Source: Cycas panzhihuaensis (lineage: Eukaryota > Plantae > Cycadophyta). From it: 64,000 nt of DNA. The DNA is taken from contig CM041465.1 of assembly GCA_023213395.1 (NCBI GenBank), forward strand, positions 60,271,741 through 60,335,740, given 5' to 3'. Under the pieces are notes generated by a model. It did no database searches and was not told the origin of the DNA. It was given only the letters and a program-made list of their open reading frames with translations. A program made the position numbers and the translations under genes. Positions 13,649-25,518 of this stretch are shown here, piece by piece (within the stretch, counting starts at the first letter, position 1; each line of letters opens with the position of its first letter).

Positions 13649-13983
13649 TTTGTCTAACTACACATAATATTAACTAGAAAACAACTAAAATAACATATAA
13701 ATTAAGTGCTAATGCCATAAAATATTTCAATCTATATACAAGTAGCTAGTATAGGTGTTTTTACTTCCTTAATCTACTTGTAGATAGCTAGAATTTACTT
13801 TAGAAACATGTTATCTTTTATTTTCTTAAAAAAACAAAACATAGAATATCAACATATGACCATTGTTAGATGATAGATCTGAAAAAATTAAGCTTTGTGA
13901 TATATTCACATGCCAAAAACAACATCCAAATCACTTAGAACTTGCCACCATACCTTAAGCTCTACGTGGTCAAGGGTTAAAAG

Positions 13984-14423
13984 TGTTGGAGTTAAGTGTC
14001 ATCATTCCACTCCCATCTTCCAACCAGGATTGTACACCTAACCATCTTCAATTTAGACATGTGATGATCAACATGTCAAGGTAAGTTGAGTTAGTTTCAT
14101 TTGAGTTAAGTTAATATTATTTTATTATTATTTTGAATTCAGGGGTTGAGGAGTTTCCCTCCTCCCCCAAACTATAAATATTAAGGGGTGTGCAACCCTG
14201 GTGTCTCTAGACACCACCTCCTTTGAGGATAATTGTCATGCTCTCAACAACAATGGATTGAAGATAATGCTATCATGATCTCATAGTTCATTTGTACAAC
14301 ATCAATCTACATTGCTATATTGTTACATAGATTTATATTGAATATTTGATACAATACTGTTATTTTGAATATATTAAAGTTTATTATATCTTCTACCTGT
14401 TCTCCTACTATATATTTCCTACA
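13984..14423 (+). repeat. 5' LTR (440 bp)
   Basis: TGTTGG...CCTACA with an internal CTATAAAT TATA box. Paired with 19282-19720. Confidence 0.95.
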
Positions 14424-15664
14424 TTTGGTATCGAAGCGACGATTCTTTGGCCCTCTTGAAGTTTTGAATAAGAGCAACAGGATTTACTGGCATTCTATGG
14501 CAGATTTTCTTATAAGAAAGAAATATTAACTATATTTATTTTCTGAAAATTTTCAGCAAGTTTTTATATATTTTTCATTAAGATTTGCTCATTATTGAGT
14601 TTTGTTTTGTAATATAACAAGTATATTCTAGATCTTTTTACAGATTTGTGCAGATTTATGAAGGATTTCAGCTACAAGCTATACTTTTTCAAAGATTTAT
14701 GAAGGAGATCAACAACAAGTTATATTTACTCGAGTATTTTTCTCAGATTTGACCTATCTTTCTTCAGAGTTACATATTTTACCATACATTTCATCATTTC
14801 GTGGCAATTTTTTGTCTACTTATTGAATATTTTCTCAAATCTGTGAAGGTTTTCAGCTGTAAGCAAGACTCATACAAGTTTTTTGTCAGATCTACTACAT
14901 TTCACTTCAGATCTGTTACATAGTCTATAGATCTGCTTGTTTCAGTAAGTTTTTTCACTATTTTCTGGTATATTTGTTCAAATCTGTAATATTTTTGGGT
15001 TATTTTTATTATATAACGAGTATATTTTAGTGTTATTTCACAGATTTGTGCAGATTCATAAAAGTTTTTTTTCAACTACAAGCTATATTTCAATCTACAA
15101 AAGATAGCAGTTGCATATCTGCAACTTTTGGGGTATTTTCAGCCATCCAAAGAAGTATATACAGCAGATCCATCTGTTGAATAATACACTTAAAAGTTTA
15201 AATATCTCATATATAAGGGTTAACTTGCTACAAGTCTGCAAATCAGCTACACTACTAGGTCTGCCTATATTCGACTTGTGAGGAAGAAGATTTATCTACT
15301 AGAAGTTTTTGAAGCCTATTTTTCGTCTACAAATCAATTGTTTATCAGATTTACAATATTTGAGGCATATTCAGCCTTCTGAATAAGATATACATAAGAT
15401 CAAGCCAGCTACAGCTGCGTGTTCTAGGTTCTTCAGTTATTTTTCAGTTTTAAACACATATTTTTTGATATATCTTGCGCGAGTATATTTGAAATTTTTT
15501 TTTTGTTGCATGACCTTGAAATATTTTGGTTCTTCATTTTTTTAAATTTAAACATATATTTTTTCAGCTTTAAGCAAGTTTTTTTTTTAAAGATTCAAAA
15601 GAAAAAAAAATACAAAAAAAATAAATAGGGATAAGTACCCTTATGAAAAATAAAATTTCCAACT

Positions 15665-15809
15665 TCCTTTCTTTATTATTTCATCCAGAAAGCACAGAAT
15701 AACACCCACCTTGCCCTTCAGGCACATGCAGTGAATCATGTTAGTATAAGTTAGAGTATTGGGAGAAATCCCATTAACAAGCATCTCTATGAACAGATCT
15801 TTAGCTGTG
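15665..15809 (-). pseudogene. Captured fragment of a P-type pentatricopeptide repeat (PPR) gene
   Basis: Minus-strand translation TAKDLFIEMLVNGISPNTLTYTNMIHCMCLKGKVGVILCFLDEIIKKG fits the PPR consensus A..LF.EM...G..PN..TY..LI...C..G.V......DEM..KG. It is absent from the ORF track. Confidence 0.85.
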
Positions 15810-15821
15810 TTATTGATCTCT

Positions 15822-16140
15822 TGATTAACTGGGTTTCCTTTCTTGAGATTGCCTCTCCAAGCTTAGATGGAAGCTCATCAAAAAGCTCTACACGGCTTTT
15901 AGATTTCTCCAAAGCTTGCATCACCTTCCTTTTTTAAAACAGCATTTCCCTTGTAGCATTTCCATCAACCTTTATATTTGCAGCAGCTCATAGTCCAAGT
16001 TTGTCCACTGCCTCTGTTAATCTCATAAATTGAGCTCTCACACTGTTTGCTCTAGCTCTGGCTTCATCTGCTTCCCTTTGAAGAGCTTCCAACTGGGATT
16101 TGAGCTGCTCCGCAGTAATCTCTGTGTTAATAGCTGAAAC
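15822..16140 (-). pseudogene. Captured fragment of a plant coiled-coil protein gene (PspA/VIPP-like helical pattern; recalled as At1g06510-like, unverified)
   Basis: About 106 codons in one frame with two stops: VSAINTEITAEQLKSQLEALQREADEARARANSVRAQFMRLTEAVDKLGL*AAANIKVDGNATREMLF*KRKVMQALEKSKSRVELFDELPSKLGEAISRKETQLI. Confidence 0.75.
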
Positions 16141-18530
16141 AATCCCTCTCCCTCACACCATGCGAGTGTGTTCTGAGAAATTAGTCATCCTTTCTGTTTC
16201 GACCTCCTACCATTTATAGATGCTTCTCTAATCTTCTACTACTACCATCCTTTAAAATTCTAGAAGATTCCCAAACTTGGGTAATGATAATACCCACTTG
16301 CTACAATATCATTTCTATTACCAACGTCCTTCCCCTATGGGATTCAGCGTCTTCACCAGCATCCAACTACCAGCGTCCTTACCTACCATTCAATGTCTAC
16401 TCTTCTCCGTTTACCTGCCGTTCAACATCTGCTCTTCCCCGTTATTACCATTGCCCCCCCCGGTAGCCATATCTAAACGAACTTGGGCCTCGATCCATCA
16501 CTCAGGGAGCCGTGCTTTACACCCAAAGTTCACTTTTCCTGTCCTTGCAGTTCTTTAATTTGTTAACTTCCTTTTGTTTCCAACTTTAACTTTATCTCAA
16601 GAGAAGAAGATACATACACATAGAGGTGTCTGCCTTATAGACAGATTCGCAATTATCGTGAGTAGAAAAACCACGGGATTAAGACGTTATTTGTAAATTC
16701 GTTTTTAAAGATATAAATCGCCTCCAAAATTGGCACAATTTATTTCATTAATATTTTTATTTCATTAATATATTTGTAAATTCATTTTTTGAATAGAGCT
16801 TAGCACTTAGCACCCTTGTATAGTCATTTATTCTCCATTCACTCCTTCGTTGGCACGCATGGTGCATTTGAACAGATTGCATTAATGAGACATTGATGAG
16901 CGTGTGGTGGCGCGCAACATTCGCTCCCTTTCAGATTGCATTGATAAGTGTTCCATTTCAGGCATTCGCTCTTCGCTCCGTTGGCTCCATTTCAAGTATC
17001 ACAAATTTGCATTGATGAGAGTGTATCACAGATTGCATTGATGAGCATGCCAACGCTCCTTTTAAATAGTGCGTTCCGTGCAGTATGACAACGACCATCT
17101 TTAATCTTTTTTTATATATAGTTTTAATATAAAGTTTAAACAAACTAAAATTTATTGTATAAGCTTTAAATCTGGGGTTTTAAGGGTTTAAGCTCCCAGC
17201 CTCCCAGTTCTATCAAGTCATAATGTGATCGTTTGCCATCTCAAAGGGGGTTAATAAGTTTTTATATAATTTTTTCTTTTATTTTTTTCATTTTTTATTT
17301 TTTCATAGGGTTATTGGGTTTTTTTGCCATAACTCTTCGTTGGAGCATCAGTTTCTGATGAAACCACCTCCATTAGATCAGAAATTTTCTGTAGATTAAT
17401 TTTGACTAGTCATCTGACCAATTTGGTGATGATTTGACCCTGTTTCGGCCAATTTAACATTAGATATTTAAATTTTTAGCCATTTTCACACTCTTAACAA
17501 AATCACTTTTAGAACCGACTGTAATTTATTACTGGTAAATTATTTTCTACTCGAATTTCTTCTATAACGATCCACATTCTACAAACTTCAATACCTACTT
17601 CTTATTTTAATTTTTTGAATTCATTTTCATTAGTATTTTAATCGTTAAAAGTGAGAATTTAGTTGTTTTTAGCATATTTCTTAACATTTTTACATAAAGA
17701 CACATGTTACCATTTTTGCTATAACTTTTCTATTTTGTATCAGATTTCAATTCTGTTAGTTTCGTTGGGAATCTAACTTAATTCTCTTTGATTTGACATA
17801 TTTTTTTATACATTTTGACATATTTTTACTGATTTTCAAATCATTCAAAGTAGAGGTACTTTATTGCCTCAAATCTACTATTTTTACATATTTTTTAATA
17901 TATTTTTTCAAAAAATTTTAATTGAAAGTACATTGAATAATTTTATAAACAATATTTGATCACCTTACAGCATTCTATAAGTATTTTGACCCCCTGCTCC
18001 TATTTAGCCTGAAAATGAGGCTTGTATCTTTGATTCACTAAAACTTGATTTCTAGGAACCCGTTTTCAGAACGGTCAGTTCCGTTGGGTTCAAATTTTGT
18101 TTGTCTTTATACTCGTAAAGTTTTATATCATTCTGATATCATTTAATATACTTTTAAATCCCTCAAACCTAAGGTTATCATTCAAATCTTCTTTTAAGGA
18201 GCATATTAATTTTTTATTAGAAATTTCTTTATATTGTTATTTTTTCAAAGTGAAAAATACTTTTATATATTTTATTTTCAGTATTTTACACTATTATCAA
18301 GGCAAAAGATCTTTATATGTGCTCTTATATTCACTTTATCTTAAAATTTATTTGAAATGTGTACCTATATTGAAAAGTTCTTTTATCATTTTTAAAAAAA
18401 GATTATTTCCCTATTATGCCTAGTTGATTGACTTTCTAAAGGGCATTTGAAATTATATATATTCATTGATTTATTGATATTTTAACTTGTTAAAGCATAT
18501 TCATTTTACATACTAAAGTTGTAAGATAAA

Positions 18531-19037
18531 ATGACTCAATTCCTTATTTTTTATGGTTAAAATTTTGCACAATGACATAACACTATGAGAAACTATTTTA
18601 TTGAACATGATCTTTTAAACTATTTACAACATGAATGTGACCTTGGCATTAAAGAAAATTTTAGAAAAGATAATGAAGTTTTAGGTTTATTATTTTGCAC
18701 TATGACTGATGATATTTTTTCACTAGTTTTTTAATTAACAACTTCTAAATCAGTTTGGAATGTATTGATTTCTACTTATGAGAGAGATACCCTCCATGTA
18801 TTTGATGATATTTTTGATGAGCATGTGAGACTAGTGACAGAACAGGTGAAGCATAGCGATAACACCCATGAGGATTCATATCAAATGCAGGACCAACTTG
18901 CTACACAAGTACCTGATCCTCCATTTGTGGGGAAGAATGAATCATATGATATGATGAAGAATGAATGTGATGATATGACAAAGAATGAACCTGATAATAT
19001 GACAGTTGTTCAAAGCATAAAGATTACAAAAGTTTAA
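18531..19037 (+). pseudogene. Truncated Copia gag N-terminus with a novel acidic tail, followed by a degenerate RNase H C-terminal remnant to about 19260
   Basis: MTQFLIFYG*NFAQ*HNTMRNYFIEHDLL...DNEVLGLLFCTMTDDIF...TTSKSVWNVLISTYE, in frame with ORF 18765-19037. Downstream ...SFHDK...KFHKFKEKIQV lies just before the PPT. Confidence 0.75.
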
Positions 19038-19281
19038 GTTCAAAGCCTTCTTAATGTTCCAGTTGACAAAGTCAAAATTACAGCTATTCATTTATATTTT
19101 AATCAAGTTTCATCTACTTATAGTTTTCCTACATCATTCCATGATAAAGAGACATATGTGGCTATAAGGGTGAGAAGAGTTGATAAAGATCAAGATTAGA
19201 ATTTCAAAGTTTTTTTCAAGTATAAGTTCCATAAGTTTAAGGAAAAGATACAAGTGTTCGTGATGACATTAAGGGGGAGAA

Positions 19282-19720
19282 TATTGGAGTTAAGTGTCAT
19301 CACTCCACTCCCACCTTCCAACCAGGATTGTACACCTAACCATCTTTAATTTAGACATGTGATGCTCAACATGTTAAGGTAAGTTGAGTTAGTTCATTTG
19401 AGTTAAGTTAATATTATTTTATTATTATTTTAAATTCAGGGGTTGAGGAGTTTCCCTCCTCCCCCAAACTATAAATATTAAGGGGTGTGCAACCCTGGTG
19501 TCTCTAAACACCGCCTCCTTTGAGGATATTTATCATGCTCTCAACAATACTGGATTGAAGACAATGCTATCATGCTCTCATAGTTTATTTGTGCAACATC
19601 GATCTACATTGCTACATTGTTACATATATTTGTATTGAATATTTGATGCAATACTATTATTTTGAATAGATTGAAGTTTATTATATCTTCTGCCTGTTCT
19701 CCTGCTATATATTTCCTACA
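19282..19720 (+). repeat. 3' LTR (439 bp)
   Basis: Preceded by the PPT and followed by TSD AAAAG. Confidence 0.95.
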
Positions 19721-20623
19721 AAAAGGATGGCAACTCTAAAAACCAGACTTCAAATATTCTAAAATATAACTTAATTTCACCTAACATTAGAAAAGTAAAA
19801 AATAATTCATACCCAATATTTCGAATCAAAATATTCTATCAAATATTTCCTATGTAAGTTAACAATAATAGATATACTTAGTGAGAATCTAATATTTTTA
19901 GTATTTTAAGTTGTTGGTTAATGCATGTCAATCATACAACATATGTATATTATTGCATGGTAATTTCTTAATAAAATTTGAGGCTTTTTACATGTCTATA
20001 ACTTAAGTTTATTATTTAGCCTCTAAATATAAAAGTGGTAATTCAAACATAAATTTCTCCTTTTTTTCTTATTCTTTCTCATAGATTTCTCTTTTGTTGA
20101 GGTTGCTTAAGTTTATTTTATATTTCGTAGTGTTATGTAAGTATTTTAGATGTGCTTCACCCATTTTTTAAAAGAGTTTCTTAAGTTGAATGGCAATTGT
20201 CTGACGTAGAACTACAATACAAATAACTAAAATGATAGTTAAAAAACATTGTATTTCATCAATATAATGATTATATTTGCTAGTGTAGATGACCATACTA
20301 TCAATTTGTAAAGAGATTTTATGGCTTTTGATGTGATTTTCATGCCATTTTCATTGTGATTAATGCCCTTGTTTAGCTGCTTGTTTGGTACGGTTTTAAC
20401 CCTACTTTCTCACAAATATTTAAGTGTTGATTTCTTCACTTTATTGTATATGATTTTTATGCTAGAAGATTTATATTGGGCTATATTTCAAGCCTACTAA
20501 ACTAGTTTCATAGCTAAGAAATATGAGAGTTTTTGACCTCCTTTGAACATAGTATTTTTAACTGCATTTCCCTTGATTTCTAGTGGTTCTTTTCTCCTTT
20601 ATTTTGTTATTTATTAATTTGTA

Positions 20624-23600
20624 TGTTGGAATGTTTCCTCTTTAGAAAATCAACCTTGTAGATGTGGACCAATAGAAATAAAAGCTAAAACAACACAAGT
20701 TTATAAATAGATCACAAATAAATTGATCACCAAAGGGAGTACTGAAGTACTTTCTCTTCAAAGATAATAATACTAAAAAACCATTACAAGTGATACTTGA
20801 CCCTTTAAATAGACAAGTGGGGGTCTTCTTCCTTGTGATACTATCGATGGCCCTAATGACTTTATATCTTATTAGATAGCTTAGCAGTCCATGCATAAGT
20901 CTTAATAGTTAACATAAATATTTAACCCTTTGGTGGCTCCCACTTACTAGTGCTTAGGAAAGGTAGGGTTACAGTATAGGTCCCTCCCTTTAAGATGTTG
21001 AGTCCTCATAGCATTGGAGATGAGGATATTGCTGGATGAACTCATTAGATTCCCAAGTTGCTTCATCTATATCACAACTGATCTATTATACCAAGTGCTT
21101 AGAAATAATGTGATTCCAGAGCCAATACTAGCAACTAGCAAGGATTTTATCAGGTGGGATTATAAGAGAGAATAGTTAAGGTGGTGTGGGGTGTAATTTT
21201 AACTCCAAGGTTTTTTTTTTTTAGGCAAGAAACATAGAAAATATTATGGATATTGGTGTTTAAGAGGAGTTCAAGGGCATAGGCAACTTCACTAATTTTA
21301 TGGAGAACTTTATAAGGGCCATAATAATGGGGGGTTAGTTTATACCCTTTATGTGACTTAAAAGACTATTACTTGTAGCATTAGAGATGGAGGAATACTA
21401 GATCTCTAATGTCAAAGGATTGATCAGATTGATAGTAGTCGACAAGTTACTTTATTTGATTTTGAGCAGTGGCCAAATTTTATTGAAGAGTATGGAGGAT
21501 TAGGTCCATCTCTTAAAGCTTTTGTTATACAGAAGCTATTCGAAAGTTTATGGCTAGGGTATGGTGAGAAGAGGGATGTTAACTATAAAGATCTAGAAAA
21601 GGGAATATACCAGTGGAAGAATGGTGAGAGAAATTATACCAATACTCTGTCAGGGAGAGCCAAGAGATCCACTTAACTTTGTGTTCAGAGGTAAAGCAGT
21701 ATAGATAGGGTTCTAAAGTTTTATTTAGGACCTCAGATTAGCCATTTATTTGTAGGCGGTAGGCAAAACTCATGTTAAATGAGGTTTTAATAGCCTTAAA
21801 GAGTTCTTGCTAAAAAGAGCTAGTAGACTTTGAGTCTCAGTCACAGAAGATGGATGAAAAAATATGAATTGGATATATAAGTCAATAAGACAGGAAGACG
21901 TATATGAGGTATGAACATGGAGAAAGTGTGAGTACTTAGTTAATCAATCAATGATTACCCAAATGGAGTCAAACCCATCAAATGAAGATAAATCTATAAT
22001 AAAGTCCATGGCAATATCCTACCACTTACCTTGAGGAATGTTTAATAGTTAGAGAAGTCTAGGAAGGGCTTTAGTATCAACTTTCTTTCACTAACACATG
22101 TCACATTCTAATACGAAGGTGAATATTATAGTCTTCATACAAGGCCAAAAGAAATCTACATGGATTTGATGATAAGTTTTGTCAAATCTTAAGTGGCCAT
22201 CGAGGGGAGAAGAGTAGTATTTTGTTAGGATTCTAAGTATGAATGAGGAGGATAGGTGGACAAAGATGTGATTTTAACAGAGTAGATGATTATTAAAGGT
22301 TGACTAACATTTATGGATGAAAACTTTTTTACTCCAGTTAGGGTAGTCAGGTTGTGCATGGTTTTTAACCCATAATTCACTAAGTTAAAGGGGTTAGGAT
22401 TTTCTTATAACATGGAAGCTTAGGTTAGGAGTATTGTCATCAGGGTGGAGACATGAAAGGGCATCTACAACTATATTGTCTTTGCCTTTTTTTTATGATA
22501 TTGTGAAGCCAAAGACTTATAGATAGTGAACCCACTTAGCTTGTTCTTCTGATAAGACTAGTTGATCTAATAGATTATGGAGGCTATGATGATTTGTAAG
22601 AATAGTGGATTTAGAGCCTAAGAGGTAGTGCCACCACTTATCAATAGCGTGGAAAATAACTTTCATCTCCTTCTGGCATGTAGAGAGATAAAGCTTATAC
22701 TCTTTTAAGTTTTGGCTCTCGAATACAATGGGATGAGAGTCTTGCATTAGGACTACACTAAATTCAAATCTTGAGGCATCACATTCAAGTTGAAAAGGCT
22801 AGTTGAAGTTACAGGTGATGAGAATTGGGGTAGAGGTCATTATGACTTTAAGATGAGAAAAAATAACATTAGCTTCTGGAGACCATTGAAAAGCATTTTT
22901 ATAAAAGAGATTGGTTAAGGGGGCAATGAGGGTGGTGTAGTTACATACAAACCACTGGTAAAACCCTGTGAGCTCAAGGAATGCACATAATTAGGCATAG
23001 GTGGCAGGTGTTGGCCAAGTTGTGATGATAGATATTTTATCAAGGTCCACGTACCCTTTTCAATGAGATGATATACCCCAAGTATTTGAGTTTAGATTTC
23101 CCAAACTTACACTTAGATAATTTTGCATTAGAGTTAGTGATTTTGTAGTATTTGAAGGATAATTTCTAGGTGTTGGATATGGTTATCCAGGCATGCACTG
23201 TAAATAAGAATGTCATCAAAGAAGACTATGACAAATTTTCAAAGATAGGGACAAAAAATTTTATTCATGAGAGCTTGAAAAGTTATCGGGGTATTACAAA
23301 CGTTGAAGGGCATTGCATGAAACTCAAAATGGCCATGATGTGTTCAAAATGTCATCTTATAGTAGTCTTCTAGGGTAATTTGGATTTTATAGTAACCAAA
23401 TTGAAGGTCTAACTTAGAGAAAATAGTCATGCCATGGATTTCGTCTAGTATATCATTTATGCGAGGGGTGGGGAACTTTTTTTTTTATGGTAATTTTATT
23501 TAGCTCTCTATAATCAACACAAAGGTAAAAGCAACCGTCTTTCTTCCTAACTAAGATGATTGAAGCTACATAAGGGCTTTTTCTTGGTTAGATTATACCC

Positions 23601-23750
23601 ATGTTGAGGATCTCAATTATGAGTTTCTCAATTCCGTTCTTTTAAAAATATGAGTTATGGTAGGGTCTTAGGCTGATAGGGTCATAATTAGATTAGAGGT
23701 TATTTCCCAGCTCTTGGGAACGTGATTTGGATAATCAATTGAGCATGGTA
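20624..23750 (-). mobile_element. 5'-truncated decayed chromovirus (Ty3/Gypsy): RT-RH-INT-chromodomain, PPT and 3' LTR
   Basis: [22 protein letters not shown] at about 23490-23560, RH ORF 22517-22747, integrase at about 21250-22200, chromodomain DEATWES...QQYPHL at about 21015-21110. PPT AGGGAGGGAC at about 20979-20990 and LTR about 20624-20973. Confidence 0.88.
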
Positions 23751-23751
23751 A

Positions 23752-25466
23752 GTGCAGGTATAATTTTTACCCTTGTTGTTATCCTTTTTACCTCAGTTAT
23801 ATATATTTGGCTAATATGGTAGATGGATGTTGGATACTTCTACTTGATTTATTGGGCCATGCCCCTATTTTTAGCCAATGATGAGCAGGACATTATCCAT
23901 GGCCCTTATGTCTCTCTGTTAGTTTTATTAAGTAAAAAAATAGATACCTCCCTACTCGTAAGCAGCTTGTTCCTTCATTTTGATTAATTATTTTTGTGCA
24001 TTATGCCTTATTTTACCTTGTCTCCATCTAGCAATCATAGGTGAGCATCCACAAACCCTTGTTCCCTCGACTTAACGGCTTGTGCTTCAGTAAAACAAGT
24101 TAAAATATCCTTCATGATGTTGCATCGCTTTGATTTCTGTATATATTATCGTACCACTAAGAACTACATGGTACCTAGATCGCCTCCCTAATAGACCTTG
24201 TCGATCTAAGTGACTCGTATTTACCTTAGAGGGTTGAAACAACCCCAAAATCTTCCTCTTTTTCTTGGAATTTTTCTTGTTTAGAGTACCCATTCTCCTT
24301 AAACCTCCCAATTGATCCCTAGTTTTCCAAAGTGGTTTCCTCCACATTATGGGTAGGAAACTACTTGCCCCTCACCCTTGTTTTCTGCTATAAAACCCCT
24401 AGATTTTTTAGAGGGAAAGGGGAGATCATTTATAGGAAGAAATTACTAGGGAGATGTTCCCAAAATTTTTCTATATTTATTAGCATTTGGGGATTCATCT
24501 AGAAAACCTAACAAGGATTGGAGAGATACTTCTACAGTAACTGAAGGAGCCCTTGAGGAATGATGATTGTGTAGCCAATGGCCACTTTTCTCCAACAAAG
24601 GGATATGATAAATCACTCCTAAGTTTAGGATTTATTGTCTTTCTCCTTATTTCCATCATATTTTCTATCATGTTGTGAGGATTTTTGATGTTTGAGGTTG
24701 GCTAATGTTTCCTTAATTTCTTTTCTTATCTCCACTAGATATTGCTCAGATTTTTACTTGATGCTTTGCTTTCTTTATATGATATTAAGTTATTCCAACT
24801 TGAATGTTGATGATATTCACCCTCCTTGCTCCATTTGTCAAATCCAATTCCGCTTGTTGGATGAATATGCAAGCATGCAGGGAGGTCTCCTAAGTAAGGC
24901 TTAGGAAACCAATGATATAGGAGAGACGGTGTCATTCTAAGGCTCTTAACCATATCTCTATTATAATTCTTATTTTGTGATTTGTTAGTTCGTAGATGGT
25001 ATTTTCTTACTCCATAGTTTATATGACCTTGGTAGTTGCCTCATTGTTGACTCATATATTTGTGCATGTTGTATGCCTTTAGGAGAGAAAACTAATCTAT
25101 GTGTAGGAGGGAAGAATAGTTATTAGTTCGATAAGATTTGCATAAAGGAGCTTACCACCATTATTCATTGAAATTGTCCATAGAAGATGTAAGTGGTAAC
25201 AATTCTTATTTGAGATTTCCTTTAGGTTTCTTATCTCTTTTTTAAGCTTTATCTCTTTCTTCCTTTTTGTTATAAGGGAAACTAGCAAGCAAAAACGTTG
25301 TCGAATTTCTCTCAGGGCAAGGTAAGTGAACCCCCCACATTCATCATCAAATCAATTATATGGCTAACAAGGATGTGAAATTTATCTCCATCAAACATCA
25401 TTGTCATGGGTATACATCCCTTCTCTTACTATCCTTGTCACAACCTTTGATTTGTTTTCACTTTAT

Positions 25467-25518
<52 letters not shown>

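Larger units (their letters stand above)
13984..19720 (+). mobile_element. Structurally complete non-autonomous Copia-derived LTR retrotransposon (LARD-like, 5737 bp) carrying host gene fragments
   Basis: LTRs 13984-14423 and 19282-19720 (about 94% identical by manual count), TSD AAAAG on both sides, PBS TGGTATCGAAGC 14426-14437, PPT AAGGGGGAGAA 19271-19281. No RT or INT. Confidence 0.95.

Noticed and set aside
16277-16558. Two overlapping plus-strand ORFs (93 and 60 aa) inside the non-autonomous element
   Set aside because: No recognisable motif. Their openness is explained by C-rich short repeats.
16830-17050. Repeat-spacer-like pattern resembling a CRISPR array
   Set aside because: Repeats are short, degenerate and irregularly spaced, the context is eukaryotic, and there are no cas genes.
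19721-20620. Possible host exon or transposase remnant between elements
   Set aside because: No interpretable reading frame or terminal repeats found by eye.
25307-25327. Micro-exon-like TTCTCTCAG-GGCAAG-GTAAGT
   Set aside because: Isolated motif inside an LTR/leader with no supporting exons.
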